Assembly: GCA_042217545.1 (NCBI GenBank)
Contig: JBDGSM010000067.1
Coordinates: 1 to 22,787, forward strand
Length of the DNA stretch: 22,787 nucleotides
Direction: 5' to 3'
Source of the DNA: Candidatus Nanohalobium sp.
GTDB taxonomy: Archaea; Nanohalarchaeota; Nanosalinia; Nanosalinales; Nanosalinaceae
Under the pieces are notes generated by a model. It was not told the origin of the DNA. It saw nothing but the letters and a program-made list of their open reading frames with translations, and searched no databases. A program made the translations under genes and the position numbers. Shown here one piece after another: positions 7,735 to 15,389 of the stretch; position 1 is the stretch's first letter, and every line of letters begins with the position of its first letter.

Positions 7735-8414
7735 GCCTGGGCCTTGTGGGAGGCCAGACCTCTCTTGGTGTCAAATGTATCTCCGCATTCATCGCATTCG
7801 AACGCCTCTTGGGAGTCATCTGAGGTCTCTTCATCGTTCTCATCCTCCTTGTCTTCATCTTCGTCCCTGGAGACTCTTTCACGGGCTTTCTGCTTGACCT
7901 CGTCCTCGGATACTTCTCCCGTGTCTTCTTCCTCTTCATCCTGTTCTTCGGACATCTCCTCGTTTATCTCCTTCATCTCAAGCGCCTCGCTGTCCTCCAG
8001 GCCGACGCTCAGATCCAGTATGATTATCATCCTGTCCTCAAGCACTCCCACAGCATCCACGTATTTCCTGTGGATTTCCTCCTCGACTATCTCGGGTGCA
8101 TCCTTCACCTTCTCTGATGAAAGCTTCATAACCTCTTTGACATCGTCCGCAAGAAGGCCTGCTGTAGCTTCCTCAAGTTCTATTATGACTATGTAGTTGT
8201 TCTCCTCGTTCCGGAGGTCAAACTTTTTTTCGAGGTCTATCAGAGGTACCGCCTGACCTCTAACGTTGGTTATGCCCTCGATAAAGTCGGGGACGTTCGG
8301 AACAGAAGTAACATCCTTCTCCTCCGCTCTTATTATCTCTTTCACGTTGTTAACATCGACCGCATACTCCTCGCCGTTAAGCACGAAAACGAATACCTGT
8401 CTTTCGTCAGTCAT
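7728..8414 (-). CDS. cheW: CheW fused to an acidic linker and C-terminal C2H2 zinc finger
   Basis: CheW core (VFVLNGEEYAVD..VKEI, VPNVPDFIEGITNVRG, GLLADDVKEV, MIIILDL), then a D/E-rich tail and CDECGDTFDTKRGLASHKAQAH; ATG 8414 preceded by GAGG. Confidence 0.92.
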   Translation of the reverse strand: MTDERQVFVFVLNGEEYAVDVNNVKEIIRAEEKDVTSVPNVPDFIEGITNVRGQAVPLIDLEKKFDLRNEENNYIVIIELEEATAGLLADDVKEVMKLSSEKVKDAPEIVEEEIHRKYVDAVGVLEDRMIIILDLSVGLEDSEALEMKEINEEMSEEQDEEEEDTGEVSEDEVKQKARERVSRDEDEDKEDENDEETSDDSQEAFECDECGDTFDTKRGLASHKAQAH

Positions 8415-8567
8415 GAAGGTAACCTCTCGACGGCTCTCCCAGGTTGTGCCGCCTATATCCACAAATAGTGAGCAGCGGTTAAAAAGCCTTCAGCCCTCCT
8501 TCTCAGGAAAGGTTTAAACATGAAGAACCAGAATCAGCAGATATAGGCTTTAAAATAACTGGAGAAG
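8415..8567. promoter_or_regulatory. Divergent cheW / cheB promoter region
   Basis: TTTTTAAC on the minus strand (8485-8478); TTTAAA boxes on the plus strand near 8513 and 8548. Confidence 0.5.
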
Positions 8568-9548
8568 ATGATGACAAGGATACTGATTGCACACCAGGAA
8601 TCAGGTACAAGGGACACTGTTTCGAGAAAGATAAGAGGGCTTGAAGGATTTCAGATTGTTGAAAAAGTCAGGAAAGCTGAAGATTTCTTCGAGAAGGTTA
8701 ACAAAGCAGATCCTGACGTCGTCGTTCTCGGCATGAAGTTCGAGAAGCTGTCAGGCCTTGACCTTCTGGAGAAGCTGAAGAGGACAGATCCGAGGCCCGT
8801 ACTGGCATTGGCTTCAGACGATGTTGAGAGGGAGGAGGCTGTGAGAGCTCTCTCCTACGGAGCTGTTGATGTCCTGGAACCGGATTACAGGCCTGATGAG
8901 GTGAGGTCTCTGCTTGAGGTTTCGCTGAAGGCTGATGAAATTGTTTCTGGTCGGGAGGTGGTCTCTGGCTCTGCTGAGTGTTCAGGAGATGAAGCTGCGG
9001 TTTTCATCGGGAGTTCGACTGGAGGGCCTGGTACCCTGGAGTTCATACTGAAGAACTTCCCTGATCGGCTTGATGCTCCTCTGTTCGTTGCCCAGCACAT
9101 GTCTGCGAGTTACACTGCCCTTTTCTCTGAGCGTATGGATAAGCTCTCCGAGTTCGAGGTGAAGGAGGCGGAGGATGGGGAAGAGGTCAGAGAAGGAATG
9201 GTGTACTTTGCTCCGGGAGACTGCGATATGAGGGTGGTAGAGGAAGACGATGAGAAGATGATCAAGCTATCTGAGCCTTCCGATACTACTTCTCCATCGA
9301 TCGATGTGCTTTTCAGGTCGGCGGCCGAGGTCTATGGGGATAAGGCCCTGGGTGTGGTCCTCACTGGAATGGGGAAGGATGGAGCTATAGGTTCGAGGTT
9401 TATCCGATCTGAAGGAGGAAAAGTATTTGTCCAGAACCGGGCTACCAGTAAGATATATGGGATGCCAAAACACGTAGTAAATCAGGGGGATGCAGACAGG
9501 ATACTTCCTCTTGAGAAGATCCCTGAGGAGATGGCGAGGTGTCTCTAG
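8568..9548 (+). CDS. cheB: Chemotaxis methylesterase CheB with degenerate receiver domain
   Basis: Catalytic motifs IGSSTGG, QHM and LTGMGKDG are intact; the N-terminal REC domain lacks the phospho-Asp. Confidence 0.93.
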   Translation: MMTRILIAHQESGTRDTVSRKIRGLEGFQIVEKVRKAEDFFEKVNKADPDVVVLGMKFEKLSGLDLLEKLKRTDPRPVLALASDDVEREEAVRALSYGAVDVLEPDYRPDEVRSLLEVSLKADEIVSGREVVSGSAECSGDEAAVFIGSSTGGPGTLEFILKNFPDRLDAPLFVAQHMSASYTALFSERMDKLSEFEVKEAEDGEEVREGMVYFAPGDCDMRVVEEDDEKMIKLSEPSDTTSPSIDVLFRSAAEVYGDKALGVVLTGMGKDGAIGSRFIRSEGGKVFVQNRATSKIYGMPKHVVNQGDADRILPLEKIPEEMARCL

Positions 9549-11126
9549 ATGTCCGATATAAACGAAGAAATGCTTGATATGTTCGTGGATGAGGCCAACG
9601 AGAAGATAGACGATCTCAACGATGGGATGCTCGAGTTCGAGGAGAATAAGAGTCAGGATGCCATCGAGGAGATGTTCAGGGCCTCACATACTATCAAGAG
9701 CTCGTCAGCTTCTCTTGGGTTCGACCAGATATCGGAACTGGCGCACAGGATGGAGGACGTGTTCGGAAAGTTCAGGGACGATGAGATTGATGCCTCACCT
9801 GAGGTCTTCGACCTTCTGTACGCCTCGGTGGATGCTCTCGAGGAGATGGTGGATGAAGCAGAAGAAAAGAAAGAGCAGCCGGATAAAGACGTTTCTGAAC
9901 TGATTGAAAACCTTGAAAACGCTAGGGACGGGAAGGAGATAGAGTTAGAACAGGAAGATGATACTGAAGAGGAGTTCGAGGAAGTCTCCGAGATAAAAGT
10001 TGATGTCGAGAGACTGGACAAGCTCATGAACCTGGTCGGGGAACTCCTGATCGTTGAAAAGAAGCTGAGAAGGCTGGGGGAAGATGAAGAAATGGACGAG
10101 TTCGGCTCCACACTCGATCAGCTCGAAAGGCTGGGTAAGGATATCCGACAGGAGGTATCTGAGGCAAGGATGATACCGGTCTCACAGGTGTTCGACAGGT
10201 TCCCCAGAACAGTCCGAGATCTCAGCAGGAGGACCGACAAGGAGATCGACTTCGAGATGGAGGGCGAAGACCTCAGGATGGACAGAACAATAATCGAGGA
10301 ACTGGGCGAACCGATAATACATGCCATCCGGAATGCGGTAGATCACGGCATAGAACCCCCAGAAGAGAGGAAAGAAAAGGGAAAGCCTGAGGCCGGAAAG
10401 ATCAAGCTCAAGGCGGAAAGAGAGGGAAGCGAAGCGATAATATCGGTCGAAGACGACGGCAGAGGAGTAGATACAGATAAAGTGGTTGAGAAAGCGAAGG
10501 AAGAAGGAGTCATCGATAGTGGCGAAGGCCTTTCTAGGAAGGAAAAGCTGATGCTCCTTTTTGATTCAGGTATGTCGACGAACGACGAAGTAACGGAGCT
10601 TTCTGGCCGAGGAGTGGGCCTCAGCGTGATGAAGAAGACTGCAGAGGACTTGAGAGGGTCATACGATATCGAGACTGAAGAAGGAGAAGGTACAAGAGTC
10701 GAGATGAGACTTCCGCTTTCTCTGGCGGTTGTCAGGTGTTTCCTTGTCAGGATAGGAGACTCCAGGTACGGTCTTCCTATCGACTCTATTCTGAGGGTTC
10801 TTGAAAGAGAGGAAACTGATGTGAAGAGGATAGAGGATAGAGAAGTATTTAAATATGAGGAATCGGAGATACCGTTGATCGATTTATCTCAGAAGCTTGA
10901 TGAGGGTTCAAATTCCTCTGAGGAAGGGAGTATAGTCGTTGTGGAGAAGGGGAACACTAGAGCAGGCCTTCTGGTGGATGAGATAGAGGATGTACAGGAT
11001 TTCGTGACAAAGGACCTTGATCTTCTTGATGTCGAGGGGGCGGCAGGTGTTTCGATGCTTTCCGACGGCAACCCGATGCTTATATTGGATTTCAATCAAT
11101 TACTCGGTGAGGAAAATGGAAATTGA
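9549..11126 (+). CDS. cheA: Chemotaxis histidine kinase CheA, P2 domain apparently absent
   Basis: FRASHTIKSS (P1 His), LDKLMNLVGEL (P3), HAIRNAVDHG / DDGRG / SGRGVGL (P4), C-terminal CheW-like P5; only 525 aa. Confidence 0.96.
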   Translation: MSDINEEMLDMFVDEANEKIDDLNDGMLEFEENKSQDAIEEMFRASHTIKSSSASLGFDQISELAHRMEDVFGKFRDDEIDASPEVFDLLYASVDALEEMVDEAEEKKEQPDKDVSELIENLENARDGKEIELEQEDDTEEEFEEVSEIKVDVERLDKLMNLVGELLIVEKKLRRLGEDEEMDEFGSTLDQLERLGKDIRQEVSEARMIPVSQVFDRFPRTVRDLSRRTDKEIDFEMEGEDLRMDRTIIEELGEPIIHAIRNAVDHGIEPPEERKEKGKPEAGKIKLKAEREGSEAIISVEDDGRGVDTDKVVEKAKEEGVIDSGEGLSRKEKLMLLFDSGMSTNDEVTELSGRGVGLSVMKKTAEDLRGSYDIETEEGEGTRVEMRLPLSLAVVRCFLVRIGDSRYGLPIDSILRVLEREETDVKRIEDREVFKYEESEIPLIDLSQKLDEGSNSSEEGSIVVVEKGNTRAGLLVDEIEDVQDFVTKDLDLLDVEGAAGVSMLSDGNPMLILDFNQLLGEENGN

Positions 11127-11730
11127 TGATGAGCAGCTGGATAAGCTTCGTGAGATAGGTAATATAGGTGCCGGGAATGCTTCGAATGCACTTTCTCAGA
11201 TGACTGATGAAAAGATAGATATCGGATTCCCGGACATAGATGCGATGAGGATAGAGGATATCCCTGAGAGGATAGGGAAGCGCTCGAAAATACACACTCT
11301 GATCCGTGTAGAGGTCAAGGTGGAAAGAGAAGGTGAAAAAGTATATCTTGGGACTCTGATGCTGATACTTGATATGGAATCTGCTCACGTCCTGGCTGAG
11401 CATCTTCTGGGTAAAGAGGTTGAAGGCGGCCAGCAGCTAACATCTCAGGAAGAATCCGCTTTGAAAGAAACAGGAAATATACTCACCGGCGCAACTCTTT
11501 CAGCAATGACAGAATGGGTCGATCTCAAGCTTCAGGAGGAGGTGCCGGACATCAAGACAGACATGCTGGGTGCAGTGATGGATGAGATACTTCTCAAGAT
11601 GGCCAGAACTGAGGATGAGGCTCTGGTTTTCCAGACAGATTTCAGCTTCAGAGAAGAGCTGAACTCCTACTTTATTTTTCTGTTCAGCAAGAATGGTAGA
11701 GAGCTTATACTGCAGGAACTCTCTGTTTGA
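11116..11730 (+). CDS. cheC: Chemotaxis phosphatase CheC
   Basis: Two ExxN motifs (REIGN, KETGN); ATG 11116 overlaps the end of cheA. Confidence 0.92.
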   Translation: MEIDDEQLDKLREIGNIGAGNASNALSQMTDEKIDIGFPDIDAMRIEDIPERIGKRSKIHTLIRVEVKVEREGEKVYLGTLMLILDMESAHVLAEHLLGKEVEGGQQLTSQEESALKETGNILTGATLSAMTEWVDLKLQEEVPDIKTDMLGAVMDEILLKMARTEDEALVFQTDFSFREELNSYFIFLFSKNGRELILQELSV

Positions 11731-11744
11731 ACGGAGTGAGGCAT

Positions 11745-12206
11745 ATGGGACGAAACAAGAATGTAAACATGGGAGAGTACAAGATAGGTACAGGAAAGGA
11801 AGTACTCACTGCCATGGGGCTCGGGAGTTGCGTCGCAACGTGTCTATATGATCCTGAAGATAAAAGGGCAGGCCTGGCGCACGTCATGCTCCCCGAAGAG
11901 GAAGAAGGAGATTCATCGAAGCACGCTGATATCCTGATAAATTCTTTGATCGACGATCTAAATGATAAGGGCTCGGATACTTCTGATCTGGAGGCCAGGA
12001 TATATGGAGGAGCTTCAATGTTCGACAATTCCTTTGATATCGGTAAGAGGAACGTTGAATCGGTGGAGGAAATCCTTTCACGGAAAGGTATTCCGATAAG
12101 GGAAGAGGATACCGGGGGAGAAAAGGGAAGAGCTATCTGGTTCAACAGCGGAACAGGAAACGTAGTAGTTCGTAAGTCATTCGAGGGGAACAAGGAACAC
12201 AGATAA
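11745..12206 (+). CDS. cheD: Chemoreceptor glutamine deamidase CheD
   Basis: GLGSCV, AGLAHVMLP, GGASMF, IGKRN, EDTGG..GR. Confidence 0.95.
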   Translation: MGRNKNVNMGEYKIGTGKEVLTAMGLGSCVATCLYDPEDKRAGLAHVMLPEEEEGDSSKHADILINSLIDDLNDKGSDTSDLEARIYGGASMFDNSFDIGKRNVESVEEILSRKGIPIREEDTGGEKGRAIWFNSGTGNVVVRKSFEGNKEHR

Positions 12207-12303
12207 CGTGTTGGTTTTTAATACAGAGGACCCCAAATTGAAGATAGGAAGTTGTGCAACGCATCTGAAAAAACTGTTATGAGAAAGATGTCGCTTCCCG
12301 GAC

Positions 12304-14286
12304 GTGTTCAATGCTATGCTACAAGACCTGAAGGCCTGGATAGATGACCAATCGTTTACTGTAAAAATCGGTATAGGTATGATAATACTCTCTGCGTTTA
12401 TAGGAGTGTCAGCCTACAACGTCTACGATGCAACAAGCCAGATGAACAGGGAACAGATGAGAAACACTCTTTCCACACATGCCAAGTATGCCCAAGGCCT
12501 TTATGAGGCCAATGATTCTCAGGCCTTTCAGGATAAAGTGAAGGGGATAGGGGCTAAAGGCACGGAGTTAACTGTTCTGAACCTCAACGGCGAACCAGTT
12601 GATTCTGGTTCGGAACCAGGTTTTCTGGCAGAAAAGGGTTTCCAGGAGGCTCTAAATCAGGCGAAGACCGGTTCAGATGGTTCTCAGACCTTCAGTGTGA
12701 ATACCGGGTCTGGGACTGTTCTGGGGGCTGTAAACGTTGATCCCGAGTCTGAAAGAGTGTTCGTGGCAACTGCGCCTGAATCAGCGGCTTATGCATCGAT
12801 GAATGTCGTGAATACCAGTGTCATTCAGGCCATGGTGATCACAGGTATCGGTATAGTTCTTGTGCTGTTCGGGTTCTACTTCTACATGATGATACCGATG
12901 AACAGGCTCACTGAGAAGGCGGATACGGTAGCCGAGGGCAACGTCTCGGAGGTCGAGTTCGAAGCAGATAGAGACGATGAAATAGGAGATATCGAGAAGG
13001 CCTTCGCTGGTATACATCAGTTCATGCAGGATTTCTCGGCTCAGGCAGATGCTCTGGCGGAGCAGGACTTTGATTCTGAGGCCTTTGACCGTGAGGTGCC
13101 TGGTGAGCTTGGTGATACTCTTGATGATCTGAAGAAGGATCTTCAGCAACTGTTTGATGAGCTTGAGGAGGAGAAGAATAGGGCTCAGGAACGTACTGCG
13201 TCTCTTCAGGAGAAAGCTGCGGAGTTCAGCCAGGTCATGGAGGAAGCTCGCTCTGGGGATTTGACTGTCCGCGTTGAGCCTGAAAGTGAAAGTGAAGCGA
13301 TGACTTCAGTAGGTAAATCTATCAATACCTTGCTTGACGAGGTTGAGAGCATCATTATGAGGATAAGAGGCTTCGCGGAGGAGGTCTCCTCTGCAAGTCA
13401 GCAGCTTGATGCTAGTTCTGAACAGGTTGAGGAATCCAGTGAGGAGATTAATGAGTCGATGGAGGAGATCAGTTCAGGTATGCAGCAGCAGACTGCCACT
13501 CTTTCAGAGGCTGAGGAGCAGATGCAGGAGCTTTCGGCTGCTGTTCAGCAGATAGCTTCGTCTGCCGAGTCCCTTGCCAATAAGTCACAGAGGATATCTG
13601 AGACCGGTGAGCAGGGACGTGAAGTTTCAAAGGAGGCTATGGAAGAGATGGATGAGATGGATGACAGGAGTGAGGAAGTCACTGAGAAGGTCAAGGAACT
13701 TGACGAACAGATGGAGCAGCTCGAGGAGATCGTCGAGATGGTATCCGAGATAGCTGAGGAAACGGATAACCTGGCGCTGAACGCTTCTGTGGAAGCTGCG
13801 AGGGCTGGTGAAGCAGGTGAAGGCTTCGCAGTCGTCGCGGATGAGGTCAAGAACCTGGCTGAAGAAGCTGCGGATTCGACTGAAGAGATGCAGCAGCTAA
13901 TCAATGAAGTGCAGGAGTCAACTTCTGAGACTGTTGAAGAAGTTGAAGGTATGAGGCAGTCTGTAGAGGAAGGTAAGGAATCTATCGAGAACAGTCTTAG
14001 CGCTGTAGACGAGATCGCTGATCAGATCGAGGAAGCTAACGCCAGCGTACAGGAGGTGGATAGTGCGGTCGATCAACAGGCGGAATCCTCAGAGAAAGTG
14101 CTCGATGAAGTACAGGAGGTATCCAGTGTCAGTGAAGAGGCCTCAGAGGAGGCACAGGAGGTCGCGAGCTCGCTCAATGAACAGACAACAGCCATCAAGG
14201 AGATCTCTGAAAGCGCCGACACGATGTCGGATAAGGCCGTCAAACTCAACGAGATGCTGGAGGAATTAGAGGTAAGAGACAAGTAG
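12304..14286 (+). CDS. Methyl-accepting chemotaxis protein (2 TM, small sensor domain, HAMP domains)
   Basis: Two hydrophobic helices, HAMP signature RDDEIG, hairpin tip [38 protein letters not shown]. Start could alternatively be ATG 12316. Confidence 0.96.
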   Translation: MFNAMLQDLKAWIDDQSFTVKIGIGMIILSAFIGVSAYNVYDATSQMNREQMRNTLSTHAKYAQGLYEANDSQAFQDKVKGIGAKGTELTVLNLNGEPVDSGSEPGFLAEKGFQEALNQAKTGSDGSQTFSVNTGSGTVLGAVNVDPESERVFVATAPESAAYASMNVVNTSVIQAMVITGIGIVLVLFGFYFYMMIPMNRLTEKADTVAEGNVSEVEFEADRDDEIGDIEKAFAGIHQFMQDFSAQADALAEQDFDSEAFDREVPGELGDTLDDLKKDLQQLFDELEEEKNRAQERTASLQEKAAEFSQVMEEARSGDLTVRVEPESESEAMTSVGKSINTLLDEVESIIMRIRGFAEEVSSASQQLDASSEQVEESSEEINESMEEISSGMQQQTATLSEAEEQMQELSAAVQQIASSAESLANKSQRISETGEQGREVSKEAMEEMDEMDDRSEEVTEKVKELDEQMEQLEEIVEMVSEIAEETDNLALNASVEAARAGEAGEGFAVVADEVKNLAEEAADSTEEMQQLINEVQESTSETVEEVEGMRQSVEEGKESIENSLSAVDEIADQIEEANASVQEVDSAVDQQAESSEKVLDEVQEVSSVSEEASEEAQEVASSLNEQTTAIKEISESADTMSDKAVKLNEMLEELEVRDK

Positions 14287-14295
14287 AGGCGATAT

Positions 14296-14913
14296 ATGAT
14301 GGAACCAGAACTTACGGACAGACAGAAAGATGAGCTAAGAGAATTAGGTAATGTTGGAGCCGGAAGAGCCTCCAGGTATCTTTCAGATCTCGTGGATCAC
14401 CGTGTGGATATCAGCATACCTGAAGTTGAGGTGGTGAATCTTGAGGAAGAGGATGTCACAAGAAAGATGTTCCAGGAAGATCCTGATCAGAAAGTTACAG
14501 CCGTAGTGATACCGCTGAAAGACGTGGGAGGCCTTATAGTCTTCATCTTCGAGCAGGACGATTACCAGAACTTCCTGACACAGTGGAGAGGTAAGGATGG
14601 TGAAGAAGGCCCTCAGAAAAACTTTATGGAGGTCAGCAAGGAGGTAGGAGATTTCTACATAGAGGCACTTCAGAACCTCCTGGATATCGATCTAGAGACC
14701 GAGGAACCGAAACTTATGACTCTGGACATGAACGCACTTACCATTCACACTACCTCCGGCATAAACAGCAGCTGTGGGCCGGATCGTAACTGTGTGCTTG
14801 CGATAAACACGGATATGGAGATAGCTGACTTGAAGAGCGGTATAACGATGCTACTTGAGCATGATCAGGTCGAAAAGATCCTCGACTCCATGAAAGAGCA
14901 GCTGCAGGAATGA
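14296..14913 (+). CDS. cheC: Second, divergent CheC-family protein
   Basis: D.LRELGNVGAG.AS..LS N-terminus; the second site reads KEVGD. Confidence 0.82.
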   Translation: MMEPELTDRQKDELRELGNVGAGRASRYLSDLVDHRVDISIPEVEVVNLEEEDVTRKMFQEDPDQKVTAVVIPLKDVGGLIVFIFEQDDYQNFLTQWRGKDGEEGPQKNFMEVSKEVGDFYIEALQNLLDIDLETEEPKLMTLDMNALTIHTTSGINSSCGPDRNCVLAINTDMEIADLKSGITMLLEHDQVEKILDSMKEQLQE

Positions 14914-14953
14914 AACCGCTCCCAACAGTTCAAAGACGTCATCCCCTCCTCTT

Positions 14954-14971
14954 TCTTCCTTCTCAGGAAGA
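14954..14971. terminator. Hairpin between convergent cheC2 and tRNA-Asn
   Basis: TCTTCCT-TCTC-AGGAAGA within a pyrimidine-rich tract. Confidence 0.4.
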
Positions 14972-14984
14972 GATAGAACTAACA

Positions 14985-15124
14985 CGCCCAAGCCAGGATT
15001 CGAACCTGGGACCACCACGTAACTGTACATGAAGGCCTTTTCCCGGGCCTTCCGCATATCCTTCCTCACCGTGAGGAAGGACGAGTTTAACAGCGTGGCG
15101 CTCTACCTACTGAGCTACTTGGGC
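14985..15124 (-). tRNA. tRNA-Asn (GTT) with a 67-nt intron at 37/38 (intron 15021-15087)
   Basis: Exon 1 GCCCAAG TA GCTC AGTAGGTA GAGC G CCACG CT GTT A; exon 2 A CGTGG TGGTC CCAGG TTCGAAT CCTGG CTTGGGC G. Bulge-helix-bulge with central helix CTGT/ACAG and bulges TA^A and TT^A. Confidence 0.93.
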
Positions 15125-15251
15125 TTAAAGCGTAAACAGTAGAGACAAGGCTATTTTTTTAAACCTGAAACCCTTCCGGGGTTACCTCAGGTGCTCCTGG
15201 TTACCTCCTGGTTCGGGACAGCATATATATCGGGAGTTACTAAAGGTAAGT

Positions 15252-15368
15252 ATGACTGATGAGTGCATGTTCTGCGGCGAACCGATAGAGGACGAGCCTC
15301 ATGTGTGCGTTAAGGAGGACTGCGTCCACAGGACCTGTCTTGGAGAGGGTGAGGTGGAGGCCGTTTAG
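15252..15368 (+). CDS. 38-aa Cys/His-rich zinc-finger microprotein (not in ORF track)
   Basis: MTDECMFCGEPIEDEPHVCVKEDCVHRTCLGEGEVEAV; CxxCG...HxxC; TATATAT about 25 nt upstream; T-tract after the stop. Confidence 0.72.
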   Translation: MTDECMFCGEPIEDEPHVCVKEDCVHRTCLGEGEVEAV

Positions 15369-15389
15369 AGGCCTCCGCTCTCCGTTTTT

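Noticed and set aside
11017..11115. Extended cheC start from the ORF track
   Set aside because: It lies inside cheA; CheC similarity begins at ATG 11116.
7302..14282. Ser-rich antisense ORFs over the che genes, and similar shadow ORFs elsewhere
   Set aside because: They are by-products of Glu/Asp-rich codons on the coding strand.
5000..14985. che cluster as an integrated element at tRNA-Asn
   Set aside because: It lies next to the tRNA 3' end, but I see no integrase, no duplicated tRNA 3' fragment at the other side and no loss of the host AGGCCT signature.
15021..15087. Box C/D guide RNA in the tRNA intron
   Set aside because: No RUGAUGA or CUGA boxes on the transcribed strand.
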